From the NCBI GenBank assembly GCA_023265395.1, contig JAHFTX010000009.1:12308-76307 (forward strand): 64,000 nt of DNA, in the 5' to 3' direction. Shown here one piece after another: positions 10,154-19,377 of the stretch (its first letter is position 1; every line of letters begins with the position of its first letter). Source of the DNA: Thermoplasmata archaeon (GTDB lineage Archaea > Thermoplasmatota > DTKX01 > JAHFTX01). The position numbers were made by a program, and so were the translations under genes. The notes below the pieces were generated by a model. That model was given only the letters and a program-made list of their open reading frames with translations. It was not told the origin of the DNA and did no database searches.

Positions 10154-10228
10154 CGGCGATGCAGCAGGCAGGGGGCTACTTAGGTCCTTGGCACCGCCCC
10201 TGGCGGTGACGGGGCCTCCAAAAATGGT

Positions 10229-10256
10229 GGTACCCGCGTCAGGGCACGCGGGTACC
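10229..10256. promoter_or_regulatory. Perfect 11-bp inverted repeat GGTACCCGCGT-N6-ACGCGGGTACC in the orc1/cdc6 upstream spacer
   Basis: Read directly: 10229-10239 is the reverse complement of 10246-10256. The half-site core TACCCGC recurs at 10410-10435. Confidence 0.5.
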
Positions 10257-10304
10257 GATGTGGTGAGGGACTGCGCGACCACCGTCGCACGACACGCCCG
10301 TGGG

Positions 10305-10318
10305 CGCATCGCGATGCG
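10305..10318. repeat. 14-bp palindrome CGCATCGCGATGCG; its core CATCGCGA repeats at 10328-10335
   Basis: Read directly from the sequence. Confidence 0.45.
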
Positions 10319-10403
10319 AGCAAGCCCCATCGCGACCTTAAGCCTCAGGGGGAGGGGAGGGTGTGAGTGGCTCGCTGGCTCCGGGGAAGGCCGAGAGTCA
10401 AAG

Positions 10404-10411
10404 GCTTAGTA
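10404..10411 (+). promoter_or_regulatory. Weak TATA-like box GCTTAGTA upstream of orc1/cdc6
   Basis: Centred about 31 nt upstream of ATG 10439. A/T content is only modest, so confidence is low. Confidence 0.3.
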
Positions 10412-10435
10412 CCCGCCTTGCAGATACCCCGCCTT
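10410..10435 (+). repeat. Tandem direct repeats TACCCGCCTT / TACCCCGCCTT between the putative TATA box and the orc1/cdc6 start
   Basis: The copies lie at 10410-10419 and 10425-10435. They share the TACCCGC core with the 10229-10256 palindrome. Confidence 0.45.
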
Positions 10436-10438
10436 ACC

Positions 10439-11644
10439 ATGCCGATGTTGCGGCGACCCCACTCCCCTATCGTCGCCAACCACCGGGTCTTGGACTTCGA
10501 CTACATCCCCGAGCGCCTGCCCCACCGCCAGGAGCAGATGGACCAGCTGGCCGCCCTCTTCGAGGGGCTCTTTGGCGGCCCCGTCTCGCAACGGGCCCTC
10601 CTCAAGGGCAGCACCGGCACCGGCAAGACCACCCTGGCCAAGCGATTCTGCATCGACCTGCAGGCCCTGGCTGCCGCCGAGGGACGCACCATCCGCTGGC
10701 TGCACATCAACTGCCGCCGTCGCGCCACCACCCAGGGGGTGCTCCAGGAGATCGTCAACAGCACCCAGGACCAGCTGCCGGTGCGGGGCTTTTCCGTCTC
10801 GGAGCTGCTGGACATCCTCAAGAAGGACCTGCGCAAGCAGCGCGCCAGCCTGGTGGTGGTCCTCGACGAGGTCGACGCCCTGATCGCCCGCAGCGGCAGC
10901 GAGCTGATCTACCAACTGAGCCGCTTCGACGAGGAGGAGAAGGGGCTGCAGGGCTCGCTGTCGCTGCTGCTGGTCTCCCAGCGCAACGTGCTCGAGCTAC
11001 TCGATGCGCCGACGCTGTCGGCCTTCAAGCGCGGCAACATCGTCAACCTCGACCGCTACACCGTCAGCCAGCTGCTCGATATCGTCACCCAGCGGGCGGG
11101 ACTGGCCCTCATCGAGGGGGCCGCACCGCCCGAGGTGCTGGCGCTGATCGCCGAGGCCGCCGGCGAGTACGGGGACGCGCGCTTTGCCATCGAGTTGCTC
11201 GAGCGCTCCGCCGCCGCGGCGACCCAGGAGGGTGTCAGCGCCATCGGCCCCGAGCACGTGCGTGCCGCCAAGGCGGTGACCAAGGCCGAGGGAATCACCA
11301 ACCTCGACGAGCTGGAGCTGCTCAGCCCCCACCAGCGGCTGGTGCTGCTGGGGATCGCCCGGGCGCTGCGCACCCGCGCGAGCCTGACCACCGGGCAGGC
11401 GGAGGTCACCTACCGCACCGTCTGTGAGGAGGTGCAGGAGCCTCCGCGGGCGCACACCCAGTTCTCCAAGTACCTCAAGGAGCTCGATGGCCTGGGGATG
11501 ATCAACGCCCAGCGCAGCAGCGGGGCCGACGGCACCACCACCATCATCCGCCTCGTCGACGCACCGGCCATCGAGCTGGTGCGGGCTCTCGAGGGGCTGC
11601 TGCCCCGCAGCGGCGGCAACGTCGACGAGGCCGTGCGGACGTAG
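10439..11644 (+). CDS. cdc6: Orc1/Cdc6 replication initiator (AAA+ plus C-terminal winged helix)
   Basis: VLDFDYIPERLPHRQEQMDQL is the typical Orc1 N-terminus. Walker A is GSTGTGKTT and Walker B is VVVLDEVD. The ORF has the expected AAA+ length plus a C-terminal wH region. Start set at ATG 10439. Confidence 0.9.
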   Translation: MPMLRRPHSPIVANHRVLDFDYIPERLPHRQEQMDQLAALFEGLFGGPVSQRALLKGSTGTGKTTLAKRFCIDLQALAAAEGRTIRWLHINCRRRATTQGVLQEIVNSTQDQLPVRGFSVSELLDILKKDLRKQRASLVVVLDEVDALIARSGSELIYQLSRFDEEEKGLQGSLSLLLVSQRNVLELLDAPTLSAFKRGNIVNLDRYTVSQLLDIVTQRAGLALIEGAAPPEVLALIAEAAGEYGDARFAIELLERSAAAATQEGVSAIGPEHVRAAKAVTKAEGITNLDELELLSPHQRLVLLGIARALRTRASLTTGQAEVTYRTVCEEVQEPPRAHTQFSKYLKELDGLGMINAQRSSGADGTTTIIRLVDAPAIELVRALEGLLPRSGGNVDEAVRT

Positions 11645-11721
11645 TGCCGCACATCGGGCATGGCGACTGCTTCTTGGACGTTGCCCTCGCGATGGAAGGC
11701 GAGCGACACACGGGGTCCTCG

Positions 11722-12192
11722 ATGACGCGGCAGGGCTCGAAGAGGAAGAGGGCCGCTCGGAAGGGGAGATGCCTCTACACTATCGGTTACGAGGGGAAGG
11801 ATCTCCAAGCGGTCCTGACCTCCCTGTTGACCCACGGCGTGGAACAACTGGTGGACGTCCGAGAGAACCCGATGAGCCGCAAGCCAGGCTTCTCGAAGAG
11901 CACACTCCGCGAGAGCCTGATCGCGAAAGGGATCGGCTACCTCCACCTTCGCGAGCTGGGCACCCCCCAGGCGGTACGTGACGCATACCGGTCGGACGGC
12001 GATCTCGACGTGTTCCGGCGCCGCTACGAATCTCACCTCTCAGGCCAGGAAGAGGCGTTGATGATGCTCTCGGCCTTGGCGAAGACCAAGGTCTCGGCTC
12101 TCCTGTGTTTCGAGGCGGACTGGAGGGCGTGCCACAGGAGTATCCTCTGCGACACGCTCGAGCGAGAAGGGCTCACGCCGATTCATCTTTGA
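11722..12192 (+). CDS. DUF488 family protein
   Basis: LYTIGYEGKDLQAVLTSLLTHGVEQLVDVRENPMSRKPGFSKSTLRESLIAKGIGYLHLRELG matches the DUF488 pattern (TIGhs...DVR..P.Sr.p.F). The start is ambiguous (GTG 11644, ATG 11692 or ATG 11722). Confidence 0.7.
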   Translation: MTRQGSKRKRAARKGRCLYTIGYEGKDLQAVLTSLLTHGVEQLVDVRENPMSRKPGFSKSTLRESLIAKGIGYLHLRELGTPQAVRDAYRSDGDLDVFRRRYESHLSGQEEALMMLSALAKTKVSALLCFEADWRACHRSILCDTLEREGLTPIHL

Positions 12193-12210
12193 CGCTCTTT
12201 CGGGATCCGG

Positions 12211-12241
12211 GGTCCCCCGGGTCGGCGGCGGCCGGGGGACC
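12211..12241. other. Hairpin GGTCCCCCGG-N11-CCGGGGGACC downstream of the DUF488 gene
   Basis: A 10-bp perfect stem read directly. No oligo-T tract follows, so a terminator role is uncertain. Confidence 0.3.
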
Positions 12242-12319
12242 AGAGTATCGCGATGCACACGTCCGCGTGCGGGGCCGACCCGAGGACTTTTGTAGGGGCT
12301 CACCCCAGTGCAGCACGCC

Positions 12320-13078
12320 ATGACGCTGCGAGACATCCGATGGGGGCAGGCGAAGTCTCTGCGCAAGTACGAGAACGTCGAGATGATGCCCCAGGAGCAC
12401 GCCGAGCTGCTCTTTCGGATCATGGACGTCCAGGCGGACACGGAGTTCGCCTCGGTGCAGCAGCACCGCCCCTGGATGGACCAGGCGCCCACGATGGAGG
12501 ACCGCTGGCTCCAGGCCAAGGTCATGGAGGACGAGATGCGCCACGGCCTGCAGGTATGCCAGGTGCTGCGCATGTTCGGTGAGCGCGGCAGCGCGCGCGT
12601 CGAGGAACTGCTCTCGCGCAAGCTCGGCGACCACAAGCTGGACAGCTTCAACATCCCCTTCCACGAATGGTCCGACGTGCTGGCCTTCACCTGCTTCGTC
12701 GACCGCGTGGGGATCTACCAGTTGGGGATGTTCCAGGAGTGCAGCTTCGGACCGTTGGCGCGGGCGATCCCGCTGATGCTCCACGAGGAGCAGCTGCACA
12801 TCGGCTTTGGGTACAACGGCCTCAAGCGCATGGTCCAGGACGACAGCTACTACGGCAACAAGGAGATGGCGCAGGACGCGCTGTGCAAGTGGTTCCCGCG
12901 CGCACTGGACATGTTCGGTCACTCCAAGAGCCGCAACAGCCAGCTGGCGGTCGACGCCGGCCTCAAGCGCACCACCAACGAGGTGGCACGGGAGCAGTAC
13001 GTCAAGGATGTCCGCCCGCTGATCGACGCCCTGGGGCTGTGGATGCCCGACCCCGATGCTGGGCGCAACATCGGCTGA
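12320..13078 (+). CDS. Ferritin-like di-iron protein of the PaaA/PaaC (phenylacetate-CoA oxygenase) family, stand-alone
   Basis: Two ExxH motifs (MEDEMRHG and LHEEQLHIG) lie in a helical, PF05138-like context. No paaB/C/D/E partners are adjacent. Start is ATG 12320 (alternative GTG 12308), with a TTTTGTA-like box about 30 nt upstream. Confidence 0.6.
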   Translation: MTLRDIRWGQAKSLRKYENVEMMPQEHAELLFRIMDVQADTEFASVQQHRPWMDQAPTMEDRWLQAKVMEDEMRHGLQVCQVLRMFGERGSARVEELLSRKLGDHKLDSFNIPFHEWSDVLAFTCFVDRVGIYQLGMFQECSFGPLARAIPLMLHEEQLHIGFGYNGLKRMVQDDSYYGNKEMAQDALCKWFPRALDMFGHSKSRNSQLAVDAGLKRTTNEVAREQYVKDVRPLIDALGLWMPDPDAGRNIG

Positions 13079-13081
13079 GCG

Positions 13082-13939
13082 CTACCCCTTGGGGTAGTCG
13101 TAGAAGCCGCCGCCGCTCTTGCGGCCCAGCCGTCCGGCACGCACCATCTTGCGCAGCAGCGGCGCTGGGCGGTACTTGGGGTCCCCAAAGCCCTGCTGCA
13201 GCACCGTCATGATCGAGAGGCAGGTGTCCAGGCCGATGAGGTCGGCCAGCGCCAGCGGGCCCATCGGGTGGTTCATCCCCAGCTGCATGATGCCATCGAT
13301 GGCCTGCGGCGTACCGACCCCCTCCTCGACGCAGAAGATCGCCTCGTTGATCATCGGCATCAGCACCCGGTTGGAGACGAACCCTGGGTAGTCGTTGCAT
13401 TGTAGGGCGGTCTTCCCCAGCTTGGCCGCGACCTCGAGGACGAGGGCCATCGTCGAATCCGAGGTGGCCATGCCACGGATGACCTCGATCAGCTGCATCC
13501 GCGGGACCGGATTCATGAAGTGCATGCCGATGAAGCGGTCAGGGCGCGTCGTCGCCGCCGCCAGCTCGGTGATCGAGATCGAGGAGGTGTTGGTGGCCAG
13601 CACGGCCGAAGGGCCCAGCAACGGATCGACGGCGGCGAAGACCTTCTTCTTGAGGGTCGGGTCCTCGACGACGGCTTCGACGACCAAGAAGGCAGAGGAG
13701 AGCACCTTCACATCGGTGGTCCCGCGGAGTCTCCCCAGCGCACCATCGCGCAGGGCGGCGTCGACCTTGCCCTTGGCCACGCCCTTGTCGAGGTCGGTGC
13801 GGATTACGCCCAAGCCGCGGTCGACGAATCGCTGTTCGATGTCCTGCAACACCACCTCGTATCCGGCCATCGCGGCCACCTGGGCGATACCGGCACCCAT
13901 CTGCCCAGCGCCGATGACGCCGATGGTGTTCGTGGCCAC
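13082..13939 (-). CDS. 3-hydroxyacyl/3-hydroxybutyryl-CoA dehydrogenase (NAD-binding)
   Basis: [29 protein letters not shown] is a Rossmann motif, followed by a full Hbd/PaaH-like sequence ([25 protein letters not shown]). Confidence 0.9.
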   Translation of the reverse strand: MATNTIGVIGAGQMGAGIAQVAAMAGYEVVLQDIEQRFVDRGLGVIRTDLDKGVAKGKVDAALRDGALGRLRGTTDVKVLSSAFLVVEAVVEDPTLKKKVFAAVDPLLGPSAVLATNTSSISITELAAATTRPDRFIGMHFMNPVPRMQLIEVIRGMATSDSTMALVLEVAAKLGKTALQCNDYPGFVSNRVLMPMINEAIFCVEEGVGTPQAIDGIMQLGMNHPMGPLALADLIGLDTCLSIMTVLQQGFGDPKYRPAPLLRKMVRAGRLGRKSGGGFYDYPKG

Positions 13940-13967
13940 TGTCCTCCCAACCTCGGGGCTCGCCCCG

Positions 13968-15179
13968 CTAGAGGCGCTCGAGGACCATCGCGACGCCGTT
14001 TCCGCCGCCGAGGCACATCGTCACCAGGCCCCGGCGCACCCGGCGCTGCTTCATCAGGTGCAGCAGGGTCGTCGTCAGCCGCGCACCGGTCGCGCCGATG
14101 GGATGCCCCAGCGCCACCGCGCCGCCGTGGACGTTGAGCTTGTTCTGGTCGAGCCCCAGTTCCTTGCTGACGGCCAGCGGTTGGCTCGAGAAGGCTTCGT
14201 TGAGCTCCACCAGCCCCAGGTCCTTGATCTTGAGGTCGAGCTGCTCCATGAGCAGTCGCGTCGTCGGCACCGGAGCGATCATCACCATCGTCGGCTCGAC
14301 GCCGCAGGTGCCGTAGCCCAGGATTCGACCCATGACCTCGAGGCCGAGCTCCTTGGCCTTGTCCTCGCGCATCAGCGCCATGGCCGAGGCTGCGTCGTTG
14401 ATCTGGCTGCTGTTGCCCGCCGTGACCGTGCCATCGCTCTTGAAGTAGGGCCGCAGGCGCGCGAGCCCCTCGATGGTGGTGTCGGCGCGTGGTCCCTCGT
14501 CGGTGTCGAAGACCACGGTCTCGCCCTTGCGCGAGGGGATCTCCACCGGGACGATCTCGTCCTTGAACCGGCCCTGCTCGATGGCCTTGAGGGCGCGCTG
14601 GTGTGAGCGCAGGGCGAACTCATCCTGGTCCGCGCGCGAGATACCGAACTTCTCGGCGACGATGTCGCCGGTCTCGCCCATGTGGATGTCGTAGTAGGCG
14701 TCCCACAGGCCGTCGTGGATCATGCCGTCGATGACGCGGTCGTGGCCCATGCGCAGTCCGTTGCGGGCCTTGGGCAGGTAGTAGGGCACGGCGCTCATGT
14801 TCTCCATCCCACCGGCGATGACGACCTCCGAATCGCCGGCGCGGATGGACTGGGCCCCGAGCATGATGGCCTTGAGCCCGCTGCCGCAGACCTTGTTGAC
14901 CGAGAAGCTCCCGACCTCGACGGGCAACCCGGCGAAGATCCCGACTTGGCGCGCCGGGTTCTGGCCCAGCCCTGCCGAGAGCACGTTGCCCATGATCAGC
15001 TCGTCGACCATCTCGGGCTTGAGCCCGGTGCGCTTGAGCACCTCGGTGACGACGACGGCCCCCAGGCGCGGCGCGGGGATCTCCGCCAGGCGCCCCTGGA
15101 ACTTGCCGATCGGCGTGCGGCAGGGGCCGACGATGACCACAGGGTTGCTCTCAGGCTCGATGCGCTGGCGTCGGGCCAT
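13968..15179 (-). CDS. Acetyl-CoA C-acetyltransferase (thiolase II)
   Basis: Active-site context [12 protein letters not shown], plus [20 protein letters not shown] and [13 protein letters not shown] near the C-terminus. Lies 28 nt upstream of the dehydrogenase gene on the same strand. Confidence 0.92.
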   Translation of the reverse strand: MARRQRIEPESNPVVIVGPCRTPIGKFQGRLAEIPAPRLGAVVVTEVLKRTGLKPEMVDELIMGNVLSAGLGQNPARQVGIFAGLPVEVGSFSVNKVCGSGLKAIMLGAQSIRAGDSEVVIAGGMENMSAVPYYLPKARNGLRMGHDRVIDGMIHDGLWDAYYDIHMGETGDIVAEKFGISRADQDEFALRSHQRALKAIEQGRFKDEIVPVEIPSRKGETVVFDTDEGPRADTTIEGLARLRPYFKSDGTVTAGNSSQINDAASAMALMREDKAKELGLEVMGRILGYGTCGVEPTMVMIAPVPTTRLLMEQLDLKIKDLGLVELNEAFSSQPLAVSKELGLDQNKLNVHGGAVALGHPIGATGARLTTTLLHLMKQRRVRRGLVTMCLGGGNGVAMVLERL

Positions 15180-15264
15180 CTCCCTTCCTCCACCTCCGAG
15201 AGCGGAAAGGGAGGTTTCAAGCTTCGCCCGCGCCAGCGACGGTCGACCCCGGGACCTTAAGGGG

Positions 15265-15272
15265 GCGGCGGC
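15265..15272 (+). promoter_or_regulatory. TATA-like box CCTTAAGG upstream of carS
   Basis: Centred about 30 nt upstream of ATG 15299. Confidence 0.4.
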
Positions 15273-15298
15273 ACATGTGACCGACGAGGGAAGGGACC

Positions 15299-15883
15299 AT
15301 GGACCCCGGCCAGCTGCCGATCGTCCTGCTCGAGGGCCTGATCAGCGGCCTGTGGCTGATGTTCCCCGCCTTCGTCGCTGGCCCAGGAGCGGTCTTTTGC
15401 GGCGGCGGTCCGCCGATCGACGGTGGACGGGTCGGGCGCGATGGACAGCGGCTGCTGGGGGACGGCAAGACCTGGCGTGGGCTCCTGGGCGGCGTCGCTG
15501 TCGCGATGGCGGTCGGTGTGGCGCAGCAACAAGCGCAGGCGCGCATCGGCCATCCGTGGCTGAGCGATTTCGGCACTGCGGCCTACGGGGTAGGATTCCT
15601 CTACATCCTCTTCCTGTTGGGTCTTGGGTCGATGCTGGGGGATCTGGCCAAGTCCTACGCCAAGCGACGGCTAGGCAAGGGACGCGGCACGCCGCTGCCG
15701 CTGGCGGACCAGCTGGACTTCCTGCTCGGTGCCTGGCTCCTGCTGTTGCTGGGTGCGACGAGCTTCGCGTTCTCGAGCATCGACGGTGCACAGGTGCTGC
15801 TGCTGCTGCTGGTGACGCCGGCGATGCACCGCGTGACCAACCAGGTCGGCTTCCGCATGGGCCGCAAGAAGGAGCCCTGGTAG
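15299..15883 (+). CDS. carS: CDP-archaeol synthase (CDP-2,3-bis-O-geranylgeranyl-sn-glycerol synthase, DUF46)
   Basis: Multi-TM protein of about 190 aa with PIDGGR...DGKTWRGLLGG and GDLAKSYAKRRLG...PLADQLDF motifs characteristic of CarS. Confidence 0.85.
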   Translation: MDPGQLPIVLLEGLISGLWLMFPAFVAGPGAVFCGGGPPIDGGRVGRDGQRLLGDGKTWRGLLGGVAVAMAVGVAQQQAQARIGHPWLSDFGTAAYGVGFLYILFLLGLGSMLGDLAKSYAKRRLGKGRGTPLPLADQLDFLLGAWLLLLLGATSFAFSSIDGAQVLLLLLVTPAMHRVTNQVGFRMGRKKEPW

Positions 15884-15937
15884 CACGGTGGGAGCCAACG
15901 GTTATCTCCCCAGCCTGCCTGGCCAGCGCCGGTCCCC

Positions 15938-17347
15938 ATGGTGGTCGTCCTGCTGCTCGGCGGCGGCGCGCGGGAATCGGCCCTCGCCGCAGCGCTGCTC
16001 CGCACCGAAGGCACCAAGCTGGTGGTGCTCGCGCCCAACGCCAACCCGCAGCTGCAGGCCTGGGCGCACCACTTCCACAAGGGCGCGGTCACCGACCCTG
16101 CGCTGGCGACGTCCCTTGCCGCCGACCATGGCGTCGAGCTCGCCGTCATCGGCCCCGAGGCACCGCTGGGCGCCGGGGTCTCCGACGAGCTGCGCAAGGC
16201 CGGAATCGCCGTGGTCGGCCCTTCGAAGCGCGCGGCGCAGGTCGAGCTCTCCAAGTCCTTCATGCGCAACCTGCTCGACCGACACAAGGTGCCTGGTCGG
16301 GTGGCCCATGGGGTCTTCGACGACCCCATGCGTGCGGCAGAGCACATCCACGCGCTGGGTGGCCGAGTGGCCGTCAAGCCGCTGGGGCTGACCGGCGGCA
16401 AGGGCGTCAAGGTCAGCGGCGACCAGCTGCCGACGGAGGCCGACGCCGTGGCTTATGCCACCGACGTCATCCGAGAGGGCATCGGGGGCGCTCACCAGGT
16501 GCTGATCGAGGAACAGCTCATCGGTGAGGAGTTCAGCCTGCAGGTGCTCACCGACGGCACCGCGGTCGTCCCTACACCGGCAGTGCAGGACCACAAGCGC
16601 GCCGAGGAGGGAGACTTGGGCCCCAACACCGGTGGGATGGGTTCCTATTCCGCACCCGACCACCTGCTGCCCTTCCTGCAGCGCAGCGAGTACGATGCCG
16701 CCCTGGCGGCCTTGCAAGGGGTCGTCGACGGCCTGCGCACCGACCGCACCCCCTTCCAAGGGATCCTCTATGGCCAGTTCATGCTCACCACCGACGGTCC
16801 ACGGATCATCGAGTTCAACGCGCGCTTTGGCGACCCTGAGGCGATGAACGTCCTGCCGCTGCTGCGGGGGGACTTCGTCGCCGTCTGCAGGGCAATCGCC
16901 AAGGGCGGCCTGCGTGACGTCGTCCCCTCCTTTGCCTCAGAGGCGACCGTCTGCAAGTACGTCGTCCCCAACGGCTACGGCTACACCAGCGACTCGGGCC
17001 ACCCGGTGCACGTCGACGAGAGGGCGATCGCGCAGACGGGGGCGCTCCTCTACTATGCCGCCGTCGACCGCCGCGAGGGGGGGCTGTTCACCAGTGCCAG
17101 CCGCACGTTGGGGTTGGTCGGGACCGGGCCGAGCATCGCGATCGCCGAGCAGGTCGCCGCCGAGGCGTTGCGGCATGTCCACGGCAAGGTGACCTATCGC
17201 AAGGACATTGGCACATCGGCGGCCATCGCCGCGCGGGTGGCGCACATGCAGGCCCTGCGTCAGGGGGGGGCTCCCCCGGGTCAGCCCAGGGCTGATTTCA
17301 AGTCCTCCCGACCCGACGGGGGCCCCGCGGAGAAGCCAAAGGCTTGA
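15938..17347 (+). CDS. purD: Phosphoribosylamine-glycine ligase PurD
   Basis: VVLLLGGGARESALAAAL, AVIGPEAPL, VKPLGLTGGKGV and QDHKRAEEGDLGPNTGGMG are present. A ~30-aa low-complexity C-terminal extension follows the conserved end. Confidence 0.92.
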   Translation: MVVVLLLGGGARESALAAALLRTEGTKLVVLAPNANPQLQAWAHHFHKGAVTDPALATSLAADHGVELAVIGPEAPLGAGVSDELRKAGIAVVGPSKRAAQVELSKSFMRNLLDRHKVPGRVAHGVFDDPMRAAEHIHALGGRVAVKPLGLTGGKGVKVSGDQLPTEADAVAYATDVIREGIGGAHQVLIEEQLIGEEFSLQVLTDGTAVVPTPAVQDHKRAEEGDLGPNTGGMGSYSAPDHLLPFLQRSEYDAALAALQGVVDGLRTDRTPFQGILYGQFMLTTDGPRIIEFNARFGDPEAMNVLPLLRGDFVAVCRAIAKGGLRDVVPSFASEATVCKYVVPNGYGYTSDSGHPVHVDERAIAQTGALLYYAAVDRREGGLFTSASRTLGLVGTGPSIAIAEQVAAEALRHVHGKVTYRKDIGTSAAIAARVAHMQALRQGGAPPGQPRADFKSSRPDGGPAEKPKA

Positions 17348-17405
17348 AGTGGCGACCCGACCGCTGCCCTCCAGCGTTGGTCCGCCGATCGTGTGGTCGT
17401 GAAAG

Positions 17406-19334
17406 ATGCTCCAGTACGTCATCTCCGTGGTGCTGATGGCCCTTCTTGGGCTTTCCGTCAGCAAGGGCAAGATCCAGCTGAAGTTGCTCGGCGGTGCCAT
17501 CCTCGCCGGGCTGGTGCTCACCTTCCTCATGCAGGTGACGTGGAGCTACTACATCGGGACTCTGCCGCAGGTGCTCACCTGGGCGATCCCTGTGCTGGCG
17601 ATCGGGTTCGTCATCTCCTACGTCTCGGCCACCAAGCCCGAGCGCTTCGGCCGCAGCCTGCGGCTGATGCTGGCCATGCCCGTCCTGGCAGTGGTGCTGG
17701 TGGCGGCGACCAACTTCTACGTCGCCCTGCTCCCGATCGTCGCCCTCCCGATCATCGTGCTCGTGCCGGTGCGCAAGAACCTCGGCGAGGCAATCCTGCC
17801 CGCCCTCAAGGCCGCCGGCGCGCTGGCGTGTGTGAGCATGCTCCTGGTGATGACCTTCAACCCCGTGTTCCACCCCTCCGACGTGCAGAACCCGCTGCTG
17901 CAGAGCCTCAACGAGAACCCCCGGAGCGGGCCGCAGCCGCGCGCCGTGACTGACACCGAGCAAGTGCGCGTGGTCAGCTGGAGGCTGGCGACGGCCTATC
18001 TCGAGCGCGCCTACTCCGACCGTGCCTCGGTGCTCGACACCGATCCAGAGGTGCTGGCACAGGACACCGACCCGACCTATGTCGACGGACGCTTCCTGTG
18101 GGTCAACGCGCCACGCTTCGAGACCTGGAAGTGGTTCGGCGACCAGGACGTCCCGTTCTTCGTCTACGTCTCCAACGAGCCCTCGAAGATGAAGGACGAG
18201 GACCCGGCGATCGTCCATCGCCCCGACGTCCCGCTCAACGTCCACCAGGAGAAGATCGAATGGAAGGACCGCATCTGGCGCCAGCTCTCGTGGCAGTACG
18301 CCGGCAAGTACGAGGTCACCCAGATCCGCATCGACCTCGACGACCAGTACATGCCCCACTGGGTGATCTACCTCTCGGACCGCGATGTGCGCTATAATCT
18401 CCCGACCCTGCGCAAGGTGGTCATAATGTCGGTCGACGACATCAACGACTTCACGGCCTATGACCCCGATGATTCCGCGATCCCCTCATGGATGGAAGTC
18501 GTCTACCCTGACGACTACGTCTTCGAGTGGGTCGAATACTGGGCCGGCCAACGCTTCGGCGTCGGGTACTCGCTGGTGGACAAGAAGCACCTCTACGACC
18601 CCGACGACATCGATGCGCGGTTCTTGGTCATCGACAGCCACACCTTCTGGCAGGTGCCGGTGCGGCAGAAGGACAGCAACGTCCTGGGCGGATTCGTGCA
18701 AGTCGACACCCGGACCGGGGTCGCGACCTTCTGGGACCGTGAGGCCCACTCCTACGCTTCCTCCCTGACGGCCTTCACCCAGGTGCAGACCTTCCTGGCC
18801 TCGGGCGCCGAGGGCTTCAGCCAGCTGACCCTCGACGAGGGCTACCTCTACCCGCTGCGGCTGACCGATAACTCGATCCGTGAGGCCTACATCTTCCCGC
18901 TCTATGCCGGCTTCACGGTCCAGAAATACGCCATCGTCGACGCCGAGGACTACACCGCGCCCCCGACCATCGACAACGACCTCCCCACGGCGATCTCCCG
19001 GTACACCGACCGCCGCTCGGCTGCCCAGCCGGCGGGCAACAACACGACCTTGCACTGGGAGCAGGTCCGCATCCGCAACGCCTACGCCGACGACAACGAG
19101 GCGGTGATCACCCTCGACAACGGCAGCGCACAGTCGACCTCGGTGGTGACCGAGGAGCTGCTCAAGGGCGGATTGGTCGCTGATGCGCACGACGAGATGC
19201 GGGAGCTGCGCCTGGCGGTCTCGGCCTTTGGCCAGAGCGGCAACGAGACCCTCTGGGTCGTCGAGCAATCCGACGGGCGGATCGTCGATGTCGACTATCT
19301 GGGCGCGACGTTGGTCGTCGCCGCCCATGGGTGA
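17406..19334 (+). CDS. Uncharacterised integral membrane protein (about 6 N-terminal TM helices plus ~480-aa soluble domain)
   Basis: Coding-like composition with a hydrophobic N-terminal third. I recognise no diagnostic catalytic motif. The architecture and motifs such as VVYPDDYVFEW and KVVIMSVDDINDFTAY weakly recall UPF0182-type proteins (unverified). Confidence 0.6.
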   Translation: MLQYVISVVLMALLGLSVSKGKIQLKLLGGAILAGLVLTFLMQVTWSYYIGTLPQVLTWAIPVLAIGFVISYVSATKPERFGRSLRLMLAMPVLAVVLVAATNFYVALLPIVALPIIVLVPVRKNLGEAILPALKAAGALACVSMLLVMTFNPVFHPSDVQNPLLQSLNENPRSGPQPRAVTDTEQVRVVSWRLATAYLERAYSDRASVLDTDPEVLAQDTDPTYVDGRFLWVNAPRFETWKWFGDQDVPFFVYVSNEPSKMKDEDPAIVHRPDVPLNVHQEKIEWKDRIWRQLSWQYAGKYEVTQIRIDLDDQYMPHWVIYLSDRDVRYNLPTLRKVVIMSVDDINDFTAYDPDDSAIPSWMEVVYPDDYVFEWVEYWAGQRFGVGYSLVDKKHLYDPDDIDARFLVIDSHTFWQVPVRQKDSNVLGGFVQVDTRTGVATFWDREAHSYASSLTAFTQVQTFLASGAEGFSQLTLDEGYLYPLRLTDNSIREAYIFPLYAGFTVQKYAIVDAEDYTAPPTIDNDLPTAISRYTDRRSAAQPAGNNTTLHWEQVRIRNAYADDNEAVITLDNGSAQSTSVVTEELLKGGLVADAHDEMRELRLAVSAFGQSGNETLWVVEQSDGRIVDVDYLGATLVVAAHG

Positions 19335-19350
19335 GGATCCGCAGAAAGAA

Positions 19351-19373
19351 GGCCGCCCCCGATGGGGGCGGCC
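19351..19373. terminator. Perfect hairpin GGCCGCCCCC-GAT-GGGGGCGGCC between the convergent 17406 gene and tRNA-Tyr
   Basis: A 10-bp GC stem with a 3-nt loop, lying 17 nt after stop 19334 and 5 nt beyond the tRNA 3' end. No T-tract is present. Confidence 0.35.
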
Positions 19374-19377
19374 GGAG

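Noticed and set aside
10154-10438. Calling this spacer a bona fide replication origin
   Set aside because: I found no A/T-rich unwinding element and no match to known ORB/mini-ORB consensus. It is reported only as a candidate or regulatory region.
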